Shown here: positions 37,951 to 50,285 of the stretch, one piece after another
How the letters are laid out: each line of letters begins with the position of its first letter
Numbering within the stretch: position 1 is the first letter of the stretch
Assembly (NCBI GenBank): GCA_951406725.2
Contig: OX597822.1
Coordinates: 104,470,001 to 104,534,000 of the forward strand
Length of the DNA: 64,000 bases
DNA from: Octopus vulgaris
Lineage: Eukaryota
Reading direction: 5' to 3'
The notes under the pieces: model-generated
What the model was told of the DNA's origin: nothing
Database searches by the model: none
What the model saw: only the letters and a program-made list of their open reading frames with translations
Program-made: the position numbers and the translations under genes

Positions 37951-38631
37951 GCCAGACTTTTCAGTGAAGCATAGACTTCATCGATCTCGTTCAGAGTTTC
38001 AAAGGTTTCGTTAAAAAGTGAATTCGTTGAATATGGCAGCGCGCATAGTTTAGGTGCAAGAATATTTAATCCATATGAATGATAAGGAATAACAATAATA
38101 CGTTGTAAACAAATATTTACAGAAGGAATTTGTGGGTTTTGAGACCAAAGACCGTTGTTGGTGTTTATCATGAAATCATCCCTGATCAAAAAGACGAATG
38201 GTCAAAGAGTTTCTAGCTTTGATCATCGTTTTATTTTGTATGTTTAGGATTACATTATTAGCTATGTACTTCTGTTATTTAAGATGTTAGAGTGAAGTTA
38301 AAAGGAGATATGACTACTATTTCTAATAGCAACCATATAAAGACTCATTCAAACTTTTCCCCCTAATCTCGTCTACATGCTAAGCCTCTTCTATAATTCA
38401 AGGTGATCAGCATATCTTCAAAATAATCCATATTGATCCAGTTACATGAAAGCTAAGGCCAGTGTAGAATAAAATGTCACGTTCAGAAACTGAATGCAGG
38501 TAGTAGATATCAAAACTTATCACCATTGGACAGTTCTGATAGTACAAACATAAACTTCATTCAGCTATTTCGTTTATATAATGATAATTAAAAGTTTAGA
38601 GACATTTTTTAAAGTATAAATTCAAGTTAAA

Positions 38632-39024
38632 TCTTTATATATAAAAGTGAAGTTGTGTGTCTGTCTCCTATGATTTAGATTCCTAACTACTCCTACATTT
38701 TGCGGTGCAGTTTAACCAAAACCGGGTATCTTATAGTCGTGATTCATATCGAGCCCTTCTGGGTATTAGCGCGTGTCTACGATGAGTCTACGATTTAAAA
38801 GAAAAATTACCATCAATTTTTCCCATTTTTAATGCATTTTTGGCATATATAAGGGAAGTAACTCACTAAAAATGTATTATTAAATCTCAGAACGTAAAAA
38901 GCTACAGTAACACCCCCCCTTTGTGGTTAACCATATTGAGATGGCTATTATACTTTACATCTCTAAAAATGCTTATATAGTTATTTCCCTTACAAACCCG
39001 AGCAACGCCGGGCGATACTGCTAG
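38632..39024 (+). mobile_element. Non-autonomous Helitron, family H2
   Basis: A|TCTTTATAT...CCCGAGCAACGCCGGGCGATACTGCTAG|T; homologous to 11363-11761. Confidence 0.88.
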
Positions 39025-39447
39025 TTGGAAATAAAACCTGTTAAATAGGACAACGGAAGAGCAGCTTCAGAATCACTATCTTGAGCTGTCTAATGTCAAC
39101 AACTATTAATGGCTATGTCCATCTAGATCTACCTGTTACTGCTATTGTTATAAAGCATTGCTGTAACTATTTGCAACACTGTAGAAATAACGAGTAGGTT
39201 ACCATTTTTTCCACCACGGAATTTAATTTCACTACGACAGATCTGTGTCCTAGTTAGGTGTTGCTGTGGAGGTTCGGAATTGAACAACGGCCGTCTGAAT
39301 CACTGTAGACTCTGAAAGTATTATTTCAGTTTAGTTCAGTTTTAAGCATTCATTTTTAAATTGATTTTCTTTTCCCAATACACCAAGGCAATGTTAGTAA
39401 GCATGAGAGAATAATTGAAAGAATCGATTCTTATAGATAATTTTACT

Positions 39448-39690
39448 GAGGACAAGGAATAGAAAAAAAACAGAAAGAAAACTTTGTAGAATGAAATGAC
39501 TGTAAGGCATTTAGTTCGGTTCTTATTTTAGTGAGAATAAGGAAGGAAAGAAAAGAAAGTTCACTCTGTAGAATAAGATAACTGTAAGGCATTTGGTTCT
39601 GCTCTTATTTTAGCGAGAACAAAGGAAAACAGAGAAGTTAACTCTGCAGACAGATAGGTGAAAATTATATAACTGTAAGGCAATTCGTCT
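39448..39690. repeat. Degenerate ~82-bp tandem repeat (3 units)
   Basis: GAG.A.AAGG...ACT(C/T)TG(T/C)AGA...ACTGTAAGGCA recurs three times. Confidence 0.7.
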
Positions 39691-41129
39691 GTGGGACTCT
39701 ATTTCTGTAAACCTGCTCGCTCTCTTCGGGATTTTAATTTCATGTGTAAAATTGCAAGCAGTTTCAATATTTTTCTAAATACTTCGCGAGAAGAATGGTT
39801 GGAAATAGAAATAGAACCGAAAATAGAACACTATTTCAGATAGGATGATTTGAAAACATAAAACTTATGCATAAATTAAAAAAATCCATCTATTTCAAGT
39901 ATAATAACAGAAAAATGATACGCCAGTAGGAAAATATCTTTATTTTTAAAAGATCTTAAAATGAAACAGAATTGATCGTATTTCACAGCTTATAAGGAGT
40001 AAGATTTTTGGGAGGTCTTGTCTAATTAAAAAGGATAAAAGTGTTTTGTTTCTGCTATTCAAAATCTTTCAGGCTATCAGCGTTTTGAGGGTTGATTCTT
40101 ATGAAATCTCAGTATTTCCTATCTTTAATCTATTTTTTGCTTTCGTAAGAAATATAGAAACGAAAGTAACAAATTATGGGTGTTTAAATTTAATTCTAAA
40201 ATAATCAGAATTTGAACTTGTTTCAATACACAATTATAGTTAACTTTTGTTTTTTGATATAATACATCAGTATTTTGTTTATTACTTAACAAAAAGTTCT
40301 TACATTAATATTTCATAGAATTGTTGCCTGGAAATCACTTTACTTACCTCTAATTAGAGGTAAAATCTGAAGCATAAAGTGTAGTGGAACTACGTCAATG
40401 ACCAGATCACAGACAATGCGAAGAACATTTTGACACCAAACAAGAAATAGTTAAGCTATCAGTTTTTGTGTATTTACGAATGGTTAATGTATGTCTTCCT
40501 CGATTTAATTGCTTTAATTTCCATATATGATCTCCCATCAAATACAAATTACAAATACAATTAGAAATGGCGTCTAAACTTTACTCAGAATTTTATCAAA
40601 CGAAATAAATTATTAACCAAAATTATATCATATTATATCAAAGTTTTATTATACCATATTAGATTATATAATGTTATGTTATACGATATTACGTTAGGTT
40701 ATATTACATCACTTTATTCTATACTGTATTTTTATCCATGGCTTCTCGAGACCGACGAATGCCTACTTCTGTTTTCATATACCTTACTGAGTAGCCGGTA
40801 TTATGTTCATTGCAAAAATTCTCCCAGATTTCATTGTTTTTCTCTTCTTTCAGTTGCTTACATTTAGTGAACCAATCCAAACTTGCAGTTATTATATGGA
40901 ACACAGGAATTAGAATAAACGGAAGAAAGTTCATTGGGTTTTGAGTGGTTTTGGCGTTTGAAAATTGTGGGAAATGAGTCTTGTAAAAATTGTCACTCTA
41001 GTCTGTAGGCAAATAACCTCTTTCATTGAAGCATAACTACATTGTTTACCCACTCGGAAATGGAGATATCCGGTTCAGAGACCACAACTTGTATGTTTGA
41101 TGCATTTCTGCATTTGCTGCTTTAAAAAA

Positions 41130-41900
41130 TGACGGGCTTTGAAAGTTCCACCAAGGTAGCGTAACCTCATATATTTTAACCACAGTTCCGTAACATTTAT
41201 CTTCATGCAATATTTATTCTAAACGTATATAAGATTGCACGGAATGTTTTCTTTTGGTGATGGTTTGATGCTAAATATTAGTGAAAGTCGTAATGTGGTG
41301 ATGTGAGCACAAGGCAGCGCTGCAGAATAATGATAATTTCATCAATGTGTGTTTTAGTAGTTACTGTCTTAAGATCAACTGTTGCATTAGAAAGTTCATC
41401 AAACATCAACGGTACTCCTCCATTTTGCAATCTGTTCCATTTCCAAGTTGCTTTTTTTTTCTGATCTTTATGAACTCCAGAATTCTGTTTTCATATTCTA
41501 CGATTATCTTTGGTGTTATTTATCTTGTGATTTGCTCTTCTAAATCCAATCAATCAATCAATCTATCGCACCAATCTTCAATACAAAAAATCCGATCACT
41601 TTCGCTTCATTTACTTTAACGTAAAAAATATTTGTTTAGTGGGTAATATTAAACTTTGTTCCTTTTTGCAACCTAAGCTTTCTTTCATTTTCATAGAATT
41701 CCTCTCATCTTGCTTTCTAGTGTAAAAATTGTGCTTTGATTACACTGCTTAAACTTTTTCTCTTGTTTCCGCCTATGATTCCCTATTTTCTCTGTTGAAG
41801 GTGATCCAAAATGCCTGGATGCAACTCTTTTATCATTTTTCTTGCGAAATTGTATAACTCACGACTAATTGCGTAAGAATGTTTTCTCTATGGCTCCATT
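41130..41900 (-). pseudogene. Ancient pogo/Tigger-like transposase relic
   Basis: Minus-strand fragments in the expected order: ASRHFGSPSTEK, EYENRILEF, EQIAKM.EVPLMFD (NMDEVPLTFD-like first catalytic D region), LIFSIKPSPKENIP and ELWLK..R.LGG. Many stops and frameshifts. Confidence 0.55.
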
Positions 41901-42226
41901 ATGTTGCAGTAATGATAATCTGAACGTTTAAAATTGGATGACGATATGACAAAACTGTAGATTGCGTTAATCAAGTAAAGAAATATTGCACAGTTAATTT
42001 AACAGTTTTATGAAGAAGGGCAGTCTTACCTTTGTTCACGCAAATATAAACTTTTCGTCTCTATTATTTAAACAAATATTGCAGATTAATTTCAAGCTTT
42101 ATGAATGTATCTTATTGTGACTATCGTGGCTTCAACTTATGAAATGTAGTGGAAATGACATGATGTTTACAATTAAACGCTACTTCGTTTACAAGCATGG
42201 CCAACGCCATTTATACAGTTATTTTA

Positions 42227-42458
42227 AGGCGGCCAGCTGGCAGAAACGTTAGCACGCCGGGTGAAATGCGTAGCCGTATTTCGTCTGCCGTTACGTTCTG
42301 GGTTGAAATTCCGCCGAGGTCGACTTTGCCTTTCATCTTTTCAGGGATCGATAAATTAAGTACCAGTTACGCACTGGAGTCGATGCAATCAACTTAATCA
42401 GTTTGTCTGTCATTGTCTGTCCTCTCTATGTTTAGCCCCTTGTGTGTAATAAAGAAAC
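42227..42458 (+). mobile_element. SINE family B
   Basis: Same head, central block and tail as 15241 and 59968. Confidence 0.85.
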
Positions 42459-42785
42459 ATATTTTTACCAAAATATGTACTGCTGATATTTGTAGTTAAG
42501 TTAGAATATATTAATTGCTCTGGCTAGCAGTTTTGTAAGACGAATGTGTGCAGTTCATTTTATCGGGTACTGAAAGCATCTGAATCACCTCTTGGCACTT
42601 ATCAGTACCACAAGGCTTTGAAAGCCAAGGAAAATTGTCTATGGCGTTCTTTTCGAAAGAAATGCGCTATAGAAGTCGGTAAATACCCTAAATATTATAA
42701 ATTAATTAAATGCTAAGATTTTCAAAGTAAAATGAAATTATAAATTAAAAGTGCCAATTCGAAACAGAAGAAGGAAGTCGTATCG

Positions 42786-43220
42786 TCAGTGTGAAATGGA
42801 GCTATAGCGTCTAATAGTGATTGGAATTATTTGACCTAATCAAAAATATTTAATTCTTTAAAGAGAAACAAACGAACGGATTAGTGTTTTAGTCTCTAGA
42901 AATCTCTGGTGCTGATTTAACAATAGTATTTAAAATCCTCAGTGGGAATTGGGGACTATTGTGTCTAATAGAAATTGAAATTATTTAACCTAGCGCAAAG
43001 TATTTAATAATTCAAAAAATGAAAAAAAATAGCGGATTAGGTTTGTCTAATGTCTAGAAACCTTTGGCGTTGATTTAACAATAGTATCTAAGATCTTCCG
43101 TCTGAAATCCTCAATTTATATTTTATGTCTAATGGTATAATCGACTGAGAGTATTATTCCACTAAGTACATTCTTGAATAATAAATGCAGTTCGACGCTC
43201 TTCGATTTAACAATTTATTT
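42786..43220. repeat. Degenerate ~155-bp tandem duplication (2 clear units plus a decayed third)
   Basis: CAGTG.GAA.TGG..CTAT..GTCTAATAG..AATTATTT.ACCTA...CGGATTAG...CTAGAAA...GATTTAACAATAGTAT occurs at 42786 and 42940. Confidence 0.7.
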
Positions 43221-44302
43221 CAGGTTGTTCTTTTTCTAGTGTGTCTCAAGGTTAAAATTAATGTTCTGCTTTTTTTTCATCCTGGTCTTGGCAAGATAAG
43301 CTTCAGTTGATGAGCTTCCGTCTTGGCATGATGAGATCACTTTGTAATTTTCGAACACGTTCTTTTTCCTGAGATTTTTCATTGGAACTAAGTCTTAAGA
43401 TCGGTATTATTTTTCTTTTTATAAACTTAAAAGCAATGTATTTCTAGGCTTCATTATGTTCATAACCATAATGTCATAGTCGTTCTCCATAAAAACGCAA
43501 TTTCTCTCATTACCACGTACTTTAATCATACTTCTCTCTTTTACTTCGCTCCTAAAATTCTATTCGAAAATTTTTGAAGTTTCAAAGACTTCGCAATAAT
43601 ATATATAAAAAATGTTCGATGATAATTGAGGAACGTAACTTATCAACAAAATATGTGAAGCTATCGCGAATAAAACTGAGATTCCACTGAAAAGCATATA
43701 TTATCCAAATTGTTTATGATGTAAAGTTTTGCGTAAAAAAGAAAAAAAAATGGTGCTTCCAATTTCGAACTTTCGTTGAGTTTAATTGGTATGTATTTTC
43801 GGAATTTGTTTTATGAAGACAAAATGTAAATACGCCATGTTTTTTATTATTATTTCTTGTTTAGGAGAATTTCGCTGCGACACATAAATTTGATTTCATT
43901 TATACTTTCCTTAGAGGCATTATCTAATTTTCTTTTAAAGTTAATTAGTCCTGTAGACTAATTGCAATTGGTTTGGCTCCATAAATTTAGTATTTTCTGT
44001 CGAATACATTTCTGAAGAGAAATAAATATCAGTCGGCTACTAATCATAGATAATGTTTTACAAGTGACCAATAAACTGATAAGGACAGAAAATTAGAGAC
44101 TTATTAATTTCTAAAAAGAAGAATGTAATACTTTGGTAACATTGCAGCCGTTTATGTTCCCGAAATATAATCAAATGAATAATGTTTCATGTTGAAGTTA
44201 CCTCATCGCTGTTAAATTACCTTCTAGCAGAGACTCAAGTACAGTAGTATTAACATCAGTTACTTATTTACACAATCACAATATTCAGTATTTATTATTA
44301 TA

Positions 44303-44525
44303 TTAATTGGCAGTTGTTTCCTCTATTTGCATTCTGTACACTCCATTCGAAGGACAATTTTCATGGTGGTTTTAGCCATTTTGTGAAAGATAGGTTTGGT
44401 CTGACCACCATAACCTCTTTGTTTTCTATCGTAACGTCTCTTATCTTGGGCACACAATGAGGCTTTACCAGTCTTGTACTGTGAGACCTTGTGAAGAGTA
44501 GGTTTCCTGCATTTTTTACTTTTGC
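44303..44525 (-). pseudogene. RPL36A: Inverted partial copy of 60S ribosomal protein L36a/eL42 (RPL44) retrocopy
   Basis: Minus strand reads [70 protein letters not shown]. Confidence 0.92.
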
Positions 44526-44537
44526 TTAGCGTTGAAA

Positions 44538-44858
44538 ATGGTGAACGTCCCCAAAACCCGGGGAACTTGCTGCAAAGGTAAAACCTGCAGGAAACATACT
44601 TTTCACAAGGTCTCACAGTACAAGGCTGGTACAGCCTCATTTTGTGCCCAAGGTAAGAAACGTTACGATAGAAAATAAAGAGGGTATGGTGGTCAGATCA
44701 AACGTATCTTTCACAAAAATGCTAAAACCACAAGAAAATTATCCTTCAAATGGAGTGTACAGAATGCAAATATAGGAAACAGACTGCCAATTAAACGGCG
44801 AAAGCACTTGGATCTTGGAGGTGATAAGATAAAGAAGAGCCAGCCGATTCAGTTTTAT
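44538..44858 (+). pseudogene. RPL36A: Processed pseudogene of 60S ribosomal protein L36a/eL42 (RPL44)
   Basis: Intronless [70 protein letters not shown], with a premature stop and frameshifts. Confidence 0.93.
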
Positions 44859-44940
44859 TATAATATTATTATTTTCTAATTTACATGTATCAAAGATACT
44901 TGTAAAAGGAAATGAACTTGTCAAATTTAAACGTACCGAT

Positions 44941-45405
44941 GGCGGCGAGCTGGCAGAATCGTTACCGAGCGGGACAAATTGCTTAGCGTCATTTCGTTCG
45001 TCTTTACGTTCTGACGTCCATTTCCGCCGATGTTAACTTAACCTTTCATCCTCTCGGAGGCGATGAAATTAGCATCAGTTGAGTACTGGGGGGTCTATGT
45101 AGTCGACTCAACCCTCATCCTTTCACTCCTTACACAGAATTTCAGGCCTAATGCCAAAATTTTGAAGCCAATATTAATTGTACTGAGGGTGGTGAGCTGG
45201 TAGAATCGTTACCGCGCCGGACAAGTGCTTAGCAGCATTTCGTCCGTCTTTACGTCCTGAGTTCAAATTCCGCCGAGTTCGACTTTGACTTTCATCCTTT
45301 TGGGATTTCAAGATAAGTACCAGTTGAGTACTGGGATCGAAGTAATCGACTAGCCCCCTGCCCCAGAACTGCTGTCCCTGTGTCAAAATTTGAAACCAAT
45401 AATAA
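44941..45405 (+). mobile_element. Two tandem diverged SINE family B copies
   Basis: GGCGGCGAGCTGGCAGAATCGTTA at 44941 and GGGTGGTGAGCTGGTAGAATCGTTA at ~45187, each followed by the central block. Confidence 0.78.
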
Positions 45406-45494
45406 AGGACTGAGATTCATATTAGGAAGCTGAGACGTGAAGCCAGCATTTATTATACAGCCGTTCAACGTGTCTCGAAATAGGATTTACCTCT

Positions 45495-45692
45495 CTCTCT
45501 TTTACTCTTTTACTTGTTTCAGTCATTTGACTGCGGCCATGCTGGAGCACCGCCTTTAGTCGAGCAAATCGACCCCGGCACTTATTCTTTGTAAGTACTT
45601 ATTCTATCGGTCTCTTTTGACGAACCGCTAAGTGACGGGGACGTGAACACACCAGCATCGATTGTCGAGCAATGCTAGGGGGACAAACACAA

Positions 45693-45753
<61 letters not shown>

Positions 45754-45920
45754 TACGACAGGCTTCTTTCAGTTTCCGTCTACCAAATCCACTCACAAGG
45801 CATTGGTCGGCCCGGGGCTATAGCAGAAGACACTTGCCCAAGATGCCACGCAGTGGGACTGAACCCGGAACCATGTGGTTGGTTAGCAAGCTACTTACCA
45901 CACAGCCACTCCTGCGCCTA
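45495..45920 (-). mobile_element. SINE family C, full length
   Basis: Complete head, internal (TA)/(CA)n and tail. Near-identical to 26582-26964. Confidence 0.9.
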
Positions 45921-46625
45921 TGAGCCACTCTTGATTACAAACTGCAGGTAATTTGTTTAATTATAATTATGTTGAATTTTCGAAGGTCACTAAAATAAAG
46001 AGAGCGGCACTAAACATAAGAGAATACCACTAATTTTACAAAAAAATGCCACTCAATTGAGGAGAATACAGTTACGTTGGAAAGAATTCCACTAAACTCA
46101 TCGGAAAAAGCAACATCGGGTTTAATCACTGTCTTTGGAGAAGTAATATTTGGCACCTCAAGGAAATCTAGCAGCTTGCACCGAGTTCGCTTTGAATGTT
46201 GCTACATCAAGATGTAAAATCGAAAGTCATGTCATGCCACATCACTCCTTCCTTTGAAATCTGAAAGTCTGAGGATATCTACTTCACACGAACTTTGTTC
46301 TTTGTTCTTCACATAGATTTAGCACAGGGATGGTTCTTGATGTAAAACTATCCTACAGGTAAACGGGGGAAAAAATATTGATAAAATTTTTGATTCTTCC
46401 GTATATTTGTTTTTGTAATGTATTTTGTACATACTGAGACACACGCACATACACACTTATAAATACACGCATACACAGACACACACACACATATAAATAA
46501 ATAAATATATATATATATATATATAAATATGAGTGTATATGTACATAGCACTCTTATGATTGATGGTATATATATATGTATATATATATATATATATGGT
46601 ATATATATAAATTTATATAAATACG

Positions 46626-46665
<40 letters not shown>

Positions 46666-46704
46666 AACACGAGTGTATATGTACATACCATTCTTATGAT
46701 TGAT

Positions 46705-46774
<70 letters not shown>

Positions 46775-47867
46775 CGTATATATATAAATTTAACATGCAT
46801 ACATAAATACGCAATCTCTCAGACGCATATATATTTATATGTGGTAGCCTTATGATTGATGGCGACGTGAAAGCAGAGAGAATAGGAAGTATCAACATGA
46901 AGTTTCGCTGTATGGTATATTCGTTCATAAAACACAAATTTTATGTTAACACAAAACACATTTTTAATGATATTTCTTATTCGAATTAATGTCTTACGTA
47001 TGGTACGATAAACAAAGAAGGAACGGTAAAAATTTTAGCTATGATAAATGTTTCTGTTTTTACTGCTTTCGATTGACCTTAATTTTAACCTACATGAAAA
47101 TTCACACAATAAAATTCACCCAATATATATTAGAGCTACTAAAATAGTGGTAAATATATTTCAATAAGCATTATAAAATTGCAGAAACAATTTAAATAAA
47201 ATACAATGTGGCTTTCAAATTGAAAATTTCATCTGCATTTTATTATGCTGGATATCTATACTTGTAAGATATACTTCCACAAACTAACTAATATATATAT
47301 ATATATATAATGTTTGACATATGTCTTCCAAAAACACATTCTATTTGCCAGTTCTTTTCGAACCCAAGAAGCCAATAAATGGATGCTGCTCTTTGGTTTA
47401 AACACGCTATTTTCAGAATCACTGCCTAGTATAGAATATGAAAAGATGTAGAGATATAAAAGACGATGAAGTGAGTGCAAACAAATCTGACGACTGTAAA
47501 ACACGCGAACTATTTTATATTACATGTTTTGTTCGCTCAAAGTCAACTTCCCTACATTCCAGAGTTAGGTGAATGGTTTTCAGGTGTGCGTTTGTGAAAT
47601 TTCCATTGATCGGTAGCAGAATGTATTGGCTTGCGATTAGTTTGTTTACAATATGTAGATTTTCAAATGTGCATGTGTTCATCTATACCCATATGAGACG
47701 CCACACATACACACACATATACGTATATATGTATGTATATGTGTGTGTATGTATGTATGTATGTATGTATGTATGTATGTATGTATGTATGTATGTATGT
47801 ATGTATGTATGTATGTATGTATGCATTTATATATCTATATCTGTGTGAGTATGCATGTTTATGTATG

Positions 47868-47913
<46 letters not shown>

Positions 47914-48053
47914 GATATTTATATATATATAAATATATATAGTTATATATATATTTTATATATATAGTTGTGTGTGTATATATATACATACATACATACA
48001 TACATATATAAATAGCGAAAACTGGTTGCATATCACGACATCCATAAACTATG

Positions 48054-48089
<36 letters not shown>

Positions 48090-48092
<3 letters not shown>

Positions 48093-49245
48093 TTAAATTT
48101 CTTTATAAAATGATATTAAACTATGTGAAACGAAGGCATTTCTCTTCCTCTTTTTATATATGTTTTCCACATATTTTCAACTTATAATTTTGCCACGTGG
48201 TGTATACCGAATCACCAGTATTTTTGCTCCTTTTATATGTTTATATTTCTACTATTTGCCTCACGTGGTACACAAAATGCCTGTGAAACCTACCTCCACC
48301 TCATCGGATAAAATTACCAAAGAGGACATCCTTGAGGAATTAAAAGAAATCAACACAAATTTAGTCACTCTAACCAACAAAATCGATGGACTATACCATC
48401 AAGCCCGGAAGGACTTAGAAAACGATAAAAGAAAGTAATCTACAGAGAATCCCAGTCAAAATCTAAGTGAACTGGATGGAACCACTCCGTCGGTTACGAC
48501 GATGAGGGTTCCGGTTGATCCGAATCAACGGAACAGCCTGCTCGTGAAATTAACGTGTAAGTGGCTGAGCACTCCACAGACACGTGTACTCTTAATGTAG
48601 TTCTCGGGGATATTCAGCGTGACACAGAGAGTGACAAGGCCGGCCCTTTGAAATACAGGTACAACAGAAACAGGAAGTAAGAGTGAGAGAAAGTTGTGGT
48701 GAAAGAGTACAGCAGGGATCACCACCATCCCCTGCCGGAGCCTCGTGGAGCTTTAGGTGTTTTCGCTCAATAAACACTCACAACGCCCGGTCTGGGAATT
48801 GAAACCGCGAGTCCGCTGCCCTAACCACAGGGCCATTGCGCCTCCACCTAAGCGAACTATGCACTACATTAAACGAATTCTTTACTAACATTTTCACAAA
48901 TAATGCTTTAAAAGATACACTGCAAAATTCACCCAACCCGTATGAAAACATACCAATTTCAGCACGTCTAATTAAAAACCGCATTAGTCACACTTCGTTC
49001 AAAAACCTCAACACCAGAAAACTGTCATTCTGGAACATGGAAAAAAAATTAAAATAAGGCACAAATATATGGAAAATGGATCATTTCAACACCGTTATCC
49101 ATATTATATATAAATTTCTTTATAAAAGGAATTAAACTATGTGAAGCGAAGGCATTTTTCTTCCACTTTTTATATGTTTTCCGCATATTTTCAACTCGTA
49201 ATTTTGCCACGTGATGTATACTGAATCTCCAGTAGTTTTTCTCCT

Positions 49246-49247
<2 letters not shown>
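48090..49247 (+). mobile_element. (TA)n-embedded element with ~140-bp direct terminal repeats and a decayed ORF (possibly Penelope-like)
   Basis: ~48093-48232 is repeated at ~49109-49247. Removing the nested SINE joins MPVKPT..KEDILEELKEINTNL..RK*STENPSQNLSEL in frame to CTTLNEFF..LNTRKLSFWNM. Confidence 0.55.
48474..48847 (-). mobile_element. SINE family A nested in the direct-repeat element
   Basis: TSD CTAAG(T/C)GAACT at 48463-48473 and 48848-48858. Confidence 0.9.
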
Positions 49248-49298
<51 letters not shown>

Positions 49299-49462
49299 AC
49301 ACATATACAACTGCATAGATGGAAAAGGGAGAAAGGGAGGGAGAATGAGTGAGAGTGTTTGAGAGACAGAGTAATTATATGCTTCCTTTATCCCAGGGTT
49401 TATCTTAACTGCTCTCTGTCTATGTTTCACCATTTTGCTTCCTCTACATCGCTGTGTTTTGT

Positions 49463-49565
<103 letters not shown>

Positions 49566-50069
49566 AGCAGGCTACTCGGTGGGACTTGGAGAGCCGACGT
49601 CTCAAAAGTGGTAATTTATCGAAAAGGCATCATGAAAATTCTGTATGAGATTTGAAAAGTAACGTTTGTATTCATTACGTAAGAAATTCACTGTTTGATA
49701 ATCCATAAGCACTGGTAATATATATATGAAATAATTCCCATTGAAGAGCTTCATTAAAATCACCGTTTTTAATTTCTTTTTTTGTTCATTTTTTCTCTTT
49801 TTGAGCGTTAATACGATGATCATCCTGGCCTCCAACGCGTGAGAATATCCAAAATATAACTGTCTGTCTTGAACTCTTCCTACTGCAGATAAGCTACATT
49901 CAACTTTTAACCTTATATTTGTTAATGGGCATTGTGAAAACTACGTGTATAGATGTTGGAATCTCTCGAATTGAAATGGTCTATCGGTAGGACGACGGTA
50001 ATACAGGGACGAGAGATCTTAACCAATTGAAACGTTTACTAAACAAAGACATTGCATTGATATATTTCT

Positions 50070-50285
50070 GAATGCTGCTGAATTATTTGCAGGAAAATAT
50101 TCTCTTCGAAACATGAGGCTTTCACGCATGAAGCGAAAACAGGGGAAAATCGATAATAAAACCCCTTACAAGTGTGAAATTTATGAGAAATAATTTGTAT
50201 ATCATGATATTCGTTTTTTACAAAAGACAAAATAATACTCACTGGAGCAAGACTGCTTCTCTGTGAAATGTGTGGAAAATATCAT
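50070..50285 (+). pseudogene. Decayed tandem C2H2 zinc-finger relic
   Basis: Across frameshifts: C*IICRKIFSSKHEAFTHEAKTGEN / PYKCEIYEK*F / IILTGARLLLCEMCGK, i.e. repeated TGEKP-like linkers and CxxC starts. Confidence 0.45.

Noticed and set aside
40719-40934. 71-aa minus-strand ORF resembling a secreted peptide precursor (hydrophobic start, two Cys, RRSR)
   Set aside because: No recognisable family or splice support, and it lies just downstream of a decayed transposase relic. Probably chance, though RNA-seq could revive it.
44323-44640. 105-aa minus-strand ORF as an intact RPL36A gene
   Set aside because: Its N-terminus is antisense of the other pseudogene arm, it lacks the true start, and it ends at a premature stop.
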